DNA from: the human T2T-CHM13v2.0 reference genome, Homo sapiens
Assembly: GCF_009914755.1 (NCBI RefSeq)
Contig: NC_060931.1
Reading direction: 5' to 3' (one strand)
Length of the DNA: 64,000 bases
A program made the translations under genes and the position numbers. Shown one piece after another: positions 20,376-35,444 of this stretch (the stretch's first letter is position 1; each line of letters starts with the position of its first letter). The notes under the pieces are model-generated. The model was not told the origin of the DNA. It did no database searches and worked only from the letters and a program-made list of their open reading frames with translations.

Positions 20376-21187
20376 TCCGCTTCCCTGAGTTTAGAAGACT
20401 AAACCTTCCTAAGAAATGTTCTAAGAAATTCTATCAGTTCAATACATTTACATCATAAACTCTTCTTAGAGATTAGAATGCAAAACAGAACCAACATCCT
20501 TGATTTGTGACATGCACCTGCCCTTATCCACCACCCAGGTGACATTCAGGACAATCCTCTCAAGTGCCCTCAGCTCCGCCTCAAGGCGGGGGTGGGACAG
20601 CACAGGCAGCCAGCGCCCACGGGGTCCCTCCGAGCCTCACCATGACGAGGTCAGGGCAGACACCTGGGGGTCACCCAGCAAGGGTTTCTCTATCTAGAAC
20701 CACTTAAGACTTATTCCCTTCAAATCTCTCCTTCAATACATATTTACCAATGTGTGGCCTTTAACTAGACTTGGCCTCGTTCAGGGCCACTTTCCCTTAT
20801 TCCTACAAAGGCACTGAGCAGGAGCAGCACGCTCACCACAGCCACGCCTTCACCATTTGCTAGGAACAAATGCCAACCCTTCGCTGGAAGAGGGTACCAG
20901 GCCTTTGTTAGTTGTAGCCTGACAACAGGAAGAGGCTGCTCCAAGGCCAAGCCTCAGTGAGAGGCCTGTTGTGAGCCGTGCCGTGCCTGGCACAACTCAG
21001 GAGTCTGGAACAAGCACGCCTGAGGGAGACCAAGCTCTGCTGAACGAGCCTCGCGGGAATAGGAATAGGAATCGCGAGTACCTTTCTACATGCCCCGAAA
21101 CCCTTTTCTAAAGCAAAAATATGCTATGTCACCTACACACCTAGATATATGCCACATCATCTATATAACTATACACGTGGTGACCTA

Positions 21188-21813
21188 TAGCTATGTGTTG
21201 CTTACCCACGAGAATGCATTGAGAAATGTGTTGTTAGGTGATTTCATCTTTTCTTTTTTGAGCTGGAGTCTCGCTCTGTCACCCAGGCTGGAGTGCAGTG
21301 GTGCGATCTAGGCTCACTGCAACCTCCTTCTCCTGGGTTCAAGTGATTCTCCTGCCTCAGCCTCCTGAGTAGCTGGGATTACAGGTGCCCGCCGCCACGC
21401 CTGGCTAAGTTTTGTATTTTTAGTAGAGACGGGGTTTTGCCATGTTGGCCAGGCTGGTCTCGAACTCCTGACCTCAGATGATCCACCTGCCGCGGCCTCC
21501 CAAAGTGCTGGGATTACAGGTGTGAGCCACTGCACCTGGCCTAGGTGATTTCATCTTTGTGTGAACATCATAGAGTGTACTTACACAATCCTAGATGGTG
21601 CAGCCCACTACATGCCTGGGTTATAGGTATGGCCTATGGCTCCTAGGCTACCAAACTGTACAGCATGTTACTGTAGACAACTGTAACACAATGGTATTTG
21701 TGCATGTAAACATAGAAAAGGTACAGCAAAATGCTGCTGTGATACTCTCATGGGGCCACTGTGATATATGCAGTCTGTCCTTGACTGAAGCATCTGTACA
21801 TGGCCCACGACTG
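21188..21813. mobile_element. Tigger3a/MER7-like DNA transposon split by an Alu
   Basis: gaacatcatagagtgtacttacaca...ctcctaggcta...tgtacagcatgttactgta. Confidence 0.85.
21250..21541 (-). mobile_element. Alu (AluSx-like)
   Basis: TSD TAGGTGATTTCATCTTT. Confidence 0.92.
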
Positions 21814-22128
21814 TACCTATATATGTGCCACGTCACCTGTATGTAGATATGTAGTCTGCAGACACTCATGTGTTGGGTACACAAACAAGGAGCAGATTGA
21901 TAAATTCTCTGAGTTTCAAAATTGTGTTGTTTTGGCAGCTTTGTGACTTTTTCCTTTCTCCCAAATATTACCATTAGCTTAAATCACAACCACTATTGTT
22001 TCTATGGGGAAAACATACACATTTGCTCTCCCTCTCATATTTGGCCTACTAGGAAATGAAAAAATTGATACCTTAGCACCCATGCAAAAAACCTGTGTGG
22101 CAATTTTAAATTAAATATATTCATACTC

Positions 22129-22602
<474 letters not shown>

Positions 22603-22654
22603 TTAATCGATAGGTGTTGAAATATAAGGCATTTTAAATAACTTCTTTAACAAA

Positions 22655-23731
22655 ATGGTAGATAGTAGGATTTATTTTAATTTTTCAATCTGAAAAAAAA
22701 AAAACCCAAAACAAAAAAAAACAAACTATCCTCATATATATATATACAGTGTCAACATTTTCAGAGCACTTACATTAGGAAACATTGTTTCTCTTCAACT
22801 GTATGACAATACTGTATATGCCACAATAAAATTTACAAAACAATCGCATCAGCAGTCATAACAAACATCATGATTTTACATTTCAATACACAAGAAAAAA
22901 AATAGACATCTTCCCGGCACTTGGCTCCCGCCTGACGGCAACGTCTCCTCCACACTTTGAGAGACCTCAGCTTTTAAAACCCAGCAGCGGCTATTTCAGA
23001 AGTCATGTCCTTTCCAGATCCAAACTTAAATAATGAGAAATTTGCCATTTCAAAATAACTGAGAGTTTATTCATGGATGTGGTGAAGTTTACTCCACCAA
23101 AAGATGTGTAAAAAAATTGCATGAAAGTAAAAATAAATAAAGCTGTTGTAAAGCAGCCTCGTTGACACGGTAGCCCAGAACAAAACACTTACGTGTAAAA
23201 GTGTCATTAAAATTTTAAAGTAATTATTTATATTCAAATTACAACTTTTTGACAAATCTAAAGAAAACAAACTGATTTGGTAAAAGGTTCAAAGACTTCC
23301 ACATTCAAGCTCGGTGTTGTTTCACACGCGTGCGCCCCGGCTGCGGCGGTGACATATTGCTGTATTCGGACATAAGGCACTGTGATCTGAACATACCGTG
23401 CACTCACCTTATGCCACATCACCTGTTCCATACCAGTGAATTCTTTGAAATGAAAAATAATGAAAACTTCAGGACACAGTGCACTTTAATGACATACAGC
23501 ATTTAAAATCCTTCAGACAAAGGTCTGAAAACAGTCTTTTAATGCAAGCCTGAATCTTCAAGCACATAAAATCTTTCTTTTTTAAGCTTAATTTCAACAT
23601 CACTGGAAGAAATACCTATCGTTAAACCCTGATATACATTCTTAACCACTTGCAGCCAGTGTTCATGAGGCAAAACGTGACCCAGAGACTTTGTTCAAGT
23701 TCTCCTCCTAGGGCGTCTACATTCACGGCGG
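22655..23731 (-). other. PRKAG2: PRKAG2 3' UTR (~1.07 kb; cleavage site approximate)
   Basis: No recognisable interspersed repeat, AU-rich sequence between the stop codon and distal AATAAA. Confidence 0.85.
22671..22676 (-). terminator. Distal polyadenylation signal AATAAA (adjacent upstream ATTAAA)
   Basis: Plus-strand tttatt; preceded in the transcript by U-rich tracts and TGTA motifs. Confidence 0.8.
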
Positions 23732-23763
23732 TCACTCCGTTTCTGTCTCCTTTTGTTTGGCAC
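23732..23763 (-). CDS. PRKAG2: PRKAG2 exon 16, coding part (32 nt): (G)AKQKETETE-stop
   Basis: Acceptor CTGACAG|GT; TGA at 23732-23734; end of ORF 23732..23962. Confidence 0.96.
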
Positions 23764-24048
23764 CTGTCAGTGGATGGAAGATGAAAGTTTCAAAGCTCAT
23801 GGTAACAGCAGGGTTCTCTACCCCAGGGGTTTCTACCTGTGTCTGGCAGTGCCTTAGGAGGATGATCCAGAGGCTTCGGAGGAGGGCGACGTGGGAAGGA
23901 GCAGGTAGCCCAAGCTCCCATCTCCCACCCAATCGTTCGGGCAGCTTGGATCCACGTAACATCTTGTCATTCTAAATATGTCAGATTTAACTTGGAAAAC
24001 AAAAAAAAAGAATTCCACTCCTAAAAAATTTTACTAAGAAATATGTAG

Positions 24049-24471
<423 letters not shown>

Positions 24472-25939
24472 CTAACAAGTATCTGGCTAGGACATTCCAC
24501 AGTGGACTGGCAGGGAGAGCTACTATTTTTCTCATCACAGGAGTTTCTCTCCTAATTTTTCACCAGACGCTAGACCCCTGAAAGAGATCGGCAATCTATT
24601 AGAGTGTGTGGCTGAAACACTGTAGCTCCTGGCATCAGACTGCCCACGCACTGGATGCACGCACACATGGGTTCATTTGGACAGTCTAAGTTTGACAATG
24701 AACTGTTGCTAAAAACTTTTTTGAGAAAGAGAAAGTGTTATTGTGTTGAACCAGTACCCCTCTGGGGAACGGTGGCCATTGCCCGATGAAAAGAATCACC
24801 ACTAGTACCTTCTAATCGAGTAACAGCAGACACTTCATCAAACTGCCTCTTACTGACTATTCCATGGACAACCACCTAACAGTGCAGGTCCCGGGCACTG
24901 CGCCTCATTGCACACACATGGCTTTTGTGCACGGCTTTCAGCTCTTTTCATAGCAACGTAGGAGGGAAACGGGCCTGTATCAGCCGGCTCCTTCTCCACT
25001 GAAGAAATTGGGGCTGAAGGAGGTGAAGCGACTTGCTTACATTCAGACAGCGCTCGGGTGGGACAGCTGGGACTTGGCCTCACGGTGGGGACCTCCTCAC
25101 TTGCGATTGTTGATCAGATGCAGGCGCTCCCTGAGTTCCACTCCAAAAGTTCACTTGTAATCCAGTTATTAGTAACACGGAATGTTTTCCTCAACGAATC
25201 GTGTTGTATACACTGTATCATAAGGAATTCCAATCCAGCTACCCCCATCTTCACGGCACAATTTCTATGGTAACATACATTCCAAATTCCAGCTGGAAAT
25301 AGATTCCTCTCTGCACCAGCAGTGATGGGAGGGGCATTGCAATGACTTAGAATTTTTGAAATACCAATTCTGGATGGAAATTTGAACTCATCCAGCACAA
25401 CCGTTCATTCTTATGGTTTGAGATATCAAGAAACAGAGAGGATGAATCGCTTGACTTGTTTACTCTTTTTGTAATGCCCAAAGAGACAGACAAGAGCTGA
25501 CATTCAGCCTGACCCGCTGGGCAGACTGCGTCCCGTGGTCCAGGGCTGGAAACGGGGCATCTTTTTCTGAAGGTGCTAAGCTATATACCTGTGGGGATAA
25601 ATCTGCCCAGAGAAGAGGCCTTTTCTAGTTAGCACAAATGTGCTGTGCAGTTATGCCTGCCTGGAAATTTATATGAATTTAATGATGGTCTGGATGAGCC
25701 TGGCTCCCTCTGTTCAATGTTGCCTGTGAGATTCCTCCACTGTTGAACGCAGCTGTACTGTTCGTTTTCAATCCTGTATCGTATTCCATCGAATGAATGT
25801 GACACAATTTATCCATTCTTCTTTTCAAAGATATTTGGATTATTCCCAGTTTTATGGCATTAACATTCGTTTAGTTCTTAATGTTTCATGATTATAGAGA
25901 CTATTGTGAGATTCAGGTCTTTTAAACACTTGAAGTTTG

Positions 25940-26085
25940 CAAGTGACTGCACCAGGCCCCATTTCTAGAGTTTCTGATTCAGTGGATATGGGACGGGGCC
26001 CCAACATGAACATTTCATTTTCTAGTAAATTCCAGGTGGTGGTGATGATGCCTGGCCTGAGGACCACCTCGGAAAAATCACTGCT
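25940..26085 (+). mobile_element. MER5A-like hAT MITE
   Basis: agagtttctgattcagtgg...ggccc...ttctagtaaattccaggt...gaccac...cactgc. Confidence 0.7.
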
Positions 26086-26875
26086 GTACTGGAATTTCTC
26101 TTGGTGTTCTCATTTAGCGAATAAGACATGTTTCTTGCAGGTGGTGAAGATTCCTTTAGGGTAGGTATTTTTGGGTTACAGACTTAATTGTAAAAACTAG
26201 TCTTAACTGAAATTTCTGAACTAAAGAGAAATCAATACTGTAGCACACACACCGTTTAATATTGGATTCTGAGAGTTCAAAGGGCATGCTGTTTGCTCCC
26301 ACATCGGGTCCATGTGGCCCTGACAAAGGCTGGGTTGTTCATATTTGACTGGGGCTGGGGAGGTGGAGGGATGGGAAGAGGAGGAGGGAAGGGAGGGCTG
26401 GCAGTTTTAAGAACTCTCAAGCCCACCTCTTACTACTGAGTGTGTGAAATGAGAGGAAGGCCAGCTCCTCTTGTCTAAAGCCCTCTCCCGTTCTCTCTGC
26501 TCCTCACTGTCTGAGACTCTGAAGGCTTGCTCAAAGTGAATCTGTCAAAAAATGAGTTTAACCACACTCTATCTGAAAGTGAATGTGATTTCTGTACAAT
26601 ATTAATGAATAAAAGTTTGTGTTTAGGTATTCTGTTTTATCTACTCAAAATATAAGTTTTTTTTCTCTTTAAGGAAAGATGAAGGTATCAAATAGAAGCC
26701 AGTGACGTTCCCTCTATGTTTCTGGTCACTAGTTCTCTCACAAAGCACAATTGAAGAGGTCTTTTCAGTGGAAAAGGTTATGATGAACATGGCAATGGCT
26801 CCCAAGTCATTTAGGGGGCCACTGGACCTTGATAGGATGCTCTTAACTTCGAATACGTTCTATACACTTTCCTCA

Positions 26876-27178
<303 letters not shown>

Positions 27179-27251
27179 TTAACATTTAAAAAAGGTTTAA
27201 AATGGACATGAGAAATAATGTCCTGTCATGTTTTTATATGATCAACACATC

Positions 27252-27457
27252 CCTCCAGCCTGGGGAATAGCAGTGAGACATCATCTCTACAAAAACATTA
27301 GACAGTGGCTGGGTGTGCTGGTGTGCACCTGTGGTCCCAGTTACTTGGTGGGAGGATTGCTTGAGCCTGGGAAGTGGAGGTTGCAGTGGGCCAAGATCGC
27401 ACCAGTGCACTCTAGCTTGGGTGACAGAGTGAGATCCTGTCTCAGAAAAAGAAAAAA
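27252..27457 (+). mobile_element. Partial Alu (AluJ)
   Basis: 5'-truncated dimer. Confidence 0.8.
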
Positions 27458-28177
27458 GCAACACACACACACACATCCCATAAATGAATAAATGAGGGAA
27501 AGTAGCCACAGACAGACCCATACGATGACCTTAGGCTCTAATGTTCAATGTGTTACTGTCTGATTACCTGGAAGACCTACTCCGTATTAAAAAGTCACAG
27601 CCCTGGTGAAAAACAGGGACACAGGCATGAGAAGGAAAGAGGGGAAAGCTATCTATCTCCTGTCTCTAATGATACTGATTTGTCTCTAATTCAAGCTGAT
27701 TTGCTTGCTTACTTTTAAGAAAAATGAGCTAGCTATGCCCTGCTGAGTTTTCAATTTTCAAAATATTAATATAGAAAAGATACAACTCAAACACGAAACA
27801 CAACGTAGCTATCATACATTGTTAAACATAACTGTTTTAATTTCTAAAAGTTGTATATCAGTTTCTAATAACTATCAGGTACTTGTCTTATTAATACATG
27901 GGAGAGAAGTCCAGATGATGACAGAAACGAAGAAACAAGGTCGCAGCTCTTACAAGGGTTTTATTTTCTGCAGTGTCTTTTCTCTGTGAAGTTCATATAT
28001 TAAGAATCGCATCCAAGAGGATAAATGAGCTATAATGAAGTGGGATAGACTACGTCCATCTCTAGTTTTCTACTCTGAAATCTCTGATGAGTGACGGCAG
28101 AGCGTTTTGAGGTGTTTCTGTAACAGGCCTTTCACCCGCAGGAAGGGAGCGGCGTTGCTATTCTCTTAAAAGCTTCA

Positions 28178-28948
<771 letters not shown>

Positions 28949-29217
28949 TCAAATAATACTGTTTGGGTGATGTTTCTGTCATAGGTTGCTTTAGGTTAAT
29001 AATAATAATAATAATAATGGCTTGGTCATCTTTCCCGTGGCAGTCAACATAAATTTCTTTTAAATGTTTCTCTAAAAAAGCTTTCAGGTTCATCAGTAAT
29101 CCTGTGATATAACACAGCACAATTATTTGCTAACTATAATCACACATTAAAATGATAGTTCACATTTGTCTTCTACACTGAAGACATTTTATTGGTTACA
29201 TTCAATAGTGGATATTA

Positions 29218-29541
<324 letters not shown>

Positions 29542-30124
29542 CTAAGGGAAACCATCTCATCCAGAGAATTAAGCAGTTCTCTCAGACTGAAATGACTCCC
29601 CACGTATTTTCTTGTCATCTGCTGCTGAGTCAAACTTATGTATGTCCTTTGTTGGAGGTACCTAAAAGTTAGTGTTCTATTTATGTCATATAAACAAATG
29701 GAATCATCACTGATACTGTACACCCTTCTCCTAGCTACATTAAAGCTAAAAACTGTTATTTTTTTGGTCCTTCTGTGAGGAGTCATCTTGTGAAGGAATT
29801 TTCTTTTTAGGCGGAGTCTTTTATTTAGGGTGTTACACAAAGTACATTTGAAAATCTTATAAGCAGTAAAGTCTAAGGAAATTGGACTGCTGAGGTGCAG
29901 GAAACTGGGAGTTACTAGATTATTTGCTATTTATCTAATTGAGGAAAGAGAGATACTGGTGGGAAGAGAGAAAAAAGTTTTACTGACTTATCATTCACTT
30001 TGTTAAAATATATATTACGCACTTTAAATTTTGAATTCATAAATATTCAAATGGAACTTAAAGCTTCTGGGATTTTTGTTTTCTCAAAACAAAATGTATC
30101 CATAGATACAGATACATCGATCTA

Positions 30125-30325
30125 TTTAGAGACAGGGTCTTGCTCTGCTGTCGAGACTGGAGTGCAGTGGCACCGCCACAGCTCACTGAAATATCAAGCT
30201 CTTGGATTCAAGGGATCCTCCTTCCTCAGCTTCCCTATTAGCTATGACTACAGGTCCAAGCCACCATGCCCAGCTAATTTATTTTTATTTTTAGTAGAGA
30301 CAAGGTCTTATTATGTCGTCCACAC
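30125..30325 (-). mobile_element. Partial Alu (AluJ)
   Basis: Right arm plus linker. Confidence 0.8.
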
Positions 30326-30428
30326 TGTCAAACATATATAGTTTAAACTATGAATGTATCTTACCAGTTTATTGGATTCACCTATGATACCAGGACTTTT
30401 CCATTCAATTCAATTCAACAAACTTTTA

Positions 30429-30788
<360 letters not shown>

Positions 30789-31876
30789 TCATTTCAGTTC
30801 ACTTCAATGACCAAAATTAGTGAGCTTAAGAGAGCCTGATTTCTAAAAACTTTAATGCTTATCTGAATTTAGTACCTGCATACATCAGACGTTCTTTCTG
30901 GCTTACGACATGCCATTGCTACTGTTATTTTGTCAACATATCAATCACAATTAAAGATAACCATGTTACAAGGTCTACCTTCCTTACGAAGCAACATTGT
31001 TAAACTTTGACAGTATATCCTGCCAAAGACTGCCCCCCAATTTTTACCCTCTAATGCTCTCTACCATGCATGGATGAAATCTCTGGCAAGGTGGGCTGAC
31101 ATCTGTAAAGGGTGGTGAGTGCCACAGGGCTAGAAATGCTGCAGCAACGGACCTTCTCAACAAGCTCCCTGGGGAACAAGGTTTCTGCTGGGAAGGCTTT
31201 GGGGGACCCATGGGGATCAAGCAACCAGAGGAAGAACAGGCTTGAGGAGCCCCATGGATCCAAATGGCTTCATGGGGCTCTCATTCATTTTAGCGGGTCC
31301 CACTCAACCAAAATGCCGATCAGCATATTTCTCGGTGACTGTTATGTTTAACATAATAGTGTGAAGCAAAGGGTTTGAGGCAGCTGCAGAAGAATGTTTA
31401 ATGTGGGGTCAGTATTGTGGCAAAAAATGGCGTGCACATTTGGGGCTATAAAGTGTCAGTCCCCTTTTCTTCTTTAGAACAGTGGCTCCCAATCACTAAG
31501 CAATGGGATGCGCCCGACAAAGGAGCCATGAGTCCACGTGTGCACTGCGCACGCGTCTAGAGGCGAATAAATCAGGCCTCCTACGTGGAAACAAGAACAT
31601 TTAAAATATATACACATGCTGTGGCAGTGCATAAAATATGCATGTATTGTAAAGATGAAAAATTATAAAATGCTACTAATATATAATTGGTTGCTAAACC
31701 AATGCAGATTAAAAGTACAATTACTATAGAAGGTCTATAAAATTCTGATAATATCCTCACACCCCAAAAGGTTAGAAATTATTAAATTAAGAAACAAGAT
31801 AAAAACATAAAAACACATTACATGAATGTTTAAAATGCATTCTAGGTGACAGATTGAACAAAATTAAAATACTTAC

Positions 31877-31914
31877 AATTACATCAAATTTGGAATAAAT
31901 ATCTACAACTTTTC
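31877..31914 (-). CDS. PRKAG2: PRKAG2 exon 13 (38 nt): (G)KVVDIYSKFDVI
   Basis: Translated by hand; acceptor TTTTTAG|GA, donor ATT|GTAAGT. Confidence 0.96.
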
Positions 31915-32233
31915 CTAAAAATGAAAAATATATGTTAGAAAAATGTCTTAAGGGACAAAAAGAAATTCATTTAAAATCAGTTTTAATGACATAATTACTA
32001 AAAGTTAAACACTGATAAATAACCTTGTCTATTTTAAATGAAAACTTAGATATGAAATCATATTTTAATGGACATATGAAAATAAACCAATTAAACTTTT
32101 TTTACGATCCTGCGTGCCCCTTGGTGCTGAATTTATTCACCATACCCAAGTTTTCATTTTCCCCACGTATCTCCTGTGCCAGGTCATCTTACAATAATTG
32201 CACCCTGAGATAAACAATTATTTCTGCCTGTCA

Positions 32234-32416
<183 letters not shown>

Positions 32417-33619
32417 CTAAACGGAAGATAAACGCAAACGTTCTAGACCCAGAACACACTCTTGTCATGTTCAAAGGTCCAGATTTGAATGAAAAAGTAT
32501 GTCCAACAAATTAAAGTTAGTTTTTTCTAACAGTCTACCTGGATGCCTGAATTAACATGAGAAAATTACAAAGGACTGTATCTTTTGTTTGAACCAGTTT
32601 GTAGGTCTATGCTTCTATTTAACTATTCACAAACTATTGCAGAGCATTGATACTGTAATCTTTTTCCATCTCCTCTTCACTCACTAAGAACGCGTATAGA
32701 ACCAGGGAAGAACAGGTCTATTTGGGATATTAAGACCTGTAAGCCACGAAGAATTGAATCCTTTATTCTTAATTGTTCATGTTAAATTCCTGGTCCTGCT
32801 GTCAGGATTAAGTAATATTTATTAAGAACCTATACATTTCCAAACCCAAAGCATTTGACGGCAGCTGTCTGAGCCACTGCTAAGCTAGTCCTCACGCCAC
32901 CCGCCTCTACATCCTGAATTCTCCTTGGAGAGCTCCAATTTTTGTCTACTAGGAACAAAGAAGCCAGCTGAACAGAATTAAAAGAATCTTTAAAAATTAA
33001 CTTTTCATGGGCTGTTTTAAAGGAGGAGGGATATGGCAGGAGAGAAAAGTCTAGGATCATGTTTGAGTATAACAAAATAAGGTCTACGGTTTCAAAAATC
33101 CACCTTTTATAAAGGGTATAGTTGATTCCATCCTCCTGGTGTACCTTATAATTATCAGGAAAAGATGAACAATTAGAAGAAACAAAATGTTCAAGTCAAA
33201 GAGTTCATCAATATTCAAATCATGAGACTCCTAGAAATTTAGAGAAAAAAAAAAAGAAAGCCCTATTAGGTCATCTAGTCCATCTCAACATAGCGAATTC
33301 CCTGTTGCACACTATAGGCTTAGGCTAATTTTCAAACGTCTTGAAGGGTAATGCTCCTTTTTTCTCAGAAAATGATCTCATAATTCAGTAAAAATCAGGC
33401 TCTGAAATGTCTTTAAGTTCTATATTTTTAACTGAAAACCTTTAGTTAGCTGAATATTCTGGTAGCATGATTCTAATTACCATATTGGCCCAAATATGAG
33501 GCAGTACTGGGCAGAGGCAACTTCCTCTCCTTTTTATAGAAGATAAAAATCTGAAGCAGCTCTGCAAAAGAATGATCTCACGCTTTTACTCCCTCTTGTG
33601 CAACAGCACACTAGCAGAA

Positions 33620-33960
33620 ATAGTTTGGGCTTGGGAGTCAGAGAGACTCCCGGGTTTGCAATCTACCACTTAGTATCCACATGACTGGGGGCACGTTTCC
33701 CAGCCAGGTGTCCTGTGTATGCAAGGTATGCAAACGCCTCCCTCCCAAGGCCCCTGCGTGGAGAAAAGCATGGGGAGTGAGGAACGCTTGAAAGGGATCC
33801 TGGCTCTACCGCTTCCCAGCCACGCAACCTTGGCAAAGCTACTTAACCTTTCTTAGCTGCATCCCTATAAAATAGGATTAATAAAAATACCTACCTGATA
33901 GGGTAGCAGCGAGGATGAGATTATGTCAAGTGCTTAGAACAGTGCCGGACATACAGTAAT
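33620..33960 (+). mobile_element. MIR fragments
   Basis: ggagtcaga...; ccttggcaaagctacttaacct...ataaaataggattaataa...tgcttagaacagtgcc. Confidence 0.7.
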
Positions 33961-35234
33961 CAGCTCTCATGATTAATATTATTTAAAAATGATGACTCTA
34001 AGGATTAAGTGAGCTGCAGGCCTGGCACGTGGGGGCCCTGAATACATCCTTCCCACCCCATGCTCCCTCTGTTCCTATTAAACTTCAACTACTAAAGCGG
34101 CTGCATTCCCAGATGTCCAGTCTGATAAACAATGCGGATGCATCCCTAATCCCTTTTTCCTAGATTATCGCCTTTATTAAACTTCAGACTTGAGTTTTTT
34201 TGTAAATTACTCTTCCCTACCTTCTTTCTTAGCACAGCATGGTTAAATAAATGTTATTTATATATGTAAATGATTAAAATACAAGACTGGGTTGATTGAC
34301 AAGGTATTTCTCTCCATCACTAAGCCCTCTGTGCTTCTGTCAGCAAAAGGGGTCCCTCAAGCTGCCTCCAGGGCAGGAGCTTCAGCTCCTTCACACTGCA
34401 CCGGAACGCTATGTTAGGTCCTTAGGTGAAGCCATGGGGAGGAAAATGGGAAAGCTAATTTGAAGTACATTTTTAATATCTGTTACAGTCTTGGAAAAAC
34501 AACTCTTCAAAGTACCTCTTCAGAACGATTAAGACCTTCTACTGGTTCTATTTGACTGATTACTTACAACCTCAAATTCCATGCATGTAATTAAAAGACA
34601 AACATAAAAAGCCTCTTATAAACTCTCTGTTCTTCCTGAGTCTCTTTTAATGTTTCCAACCAAACAGGCTCAAAGTTCTGGATGACTACGGAGCCAGGTC
34701 ATTTCAAGTAGCTGAGAAAACCTACAGGTTAATACAGGCCTTATTTGGACCAACATGGTATTCTCTTGCCAAAATTTTATTTGCTTCGGGTTTTTCTATC
34801 ACTGCTGCAGTTTATAAGATAATCTTGAGGAAAGCATTTTTTGGAACATGTTTCTAAAACCATGACACCAGTAAAAGCAACATAAAGCAATTTTTGCTCT
34901 AGATATTAGTTCAGTTTATCTTGTACAACAGTCCTCAATTAGACTTGCAGATTGCCTTATTTCCCCTCATATGCTGGTGACAAATGTTTTAATTTAAAGA
35001 GAGAATGCCGAGTTTTGTTGTTAAAATTGTTTTGATACTTGCACTAAAAGGTGATTCTTTTAAATTGGAATCAACTTTAAGAATGTACAATTCAGAGAGT
35101 AGTAAGTTGAGAAACTGAAGTTTAGAAAGGGAGACCTCAAAACTAACAATTTCTTCTACTGAGGGTAACAGGAGCCAATTTACTTGAAGTACATTATTTA
35201 ATAAGTAAATGCAATTATGTCTTTAGAAACGCTA

Positions 35235-35444
<210 letters not shown>

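Noticed and set aside
23764-23962. Intronic ORF in frame with exon 16 (MLRGSK...GAKQKETETE)
   Set aside because: No evidence for an internal promoter; a chance open frame upstream of the acceptor is sufficient explanation
34739-34748. CArG box CCTTATTTGG (also at 5384-5393) in or near a cardiac gene
   Set aside because: Several CC(A/T)6GG matches are expected by chance in 64 kb, and I saw no supporting motif cluster
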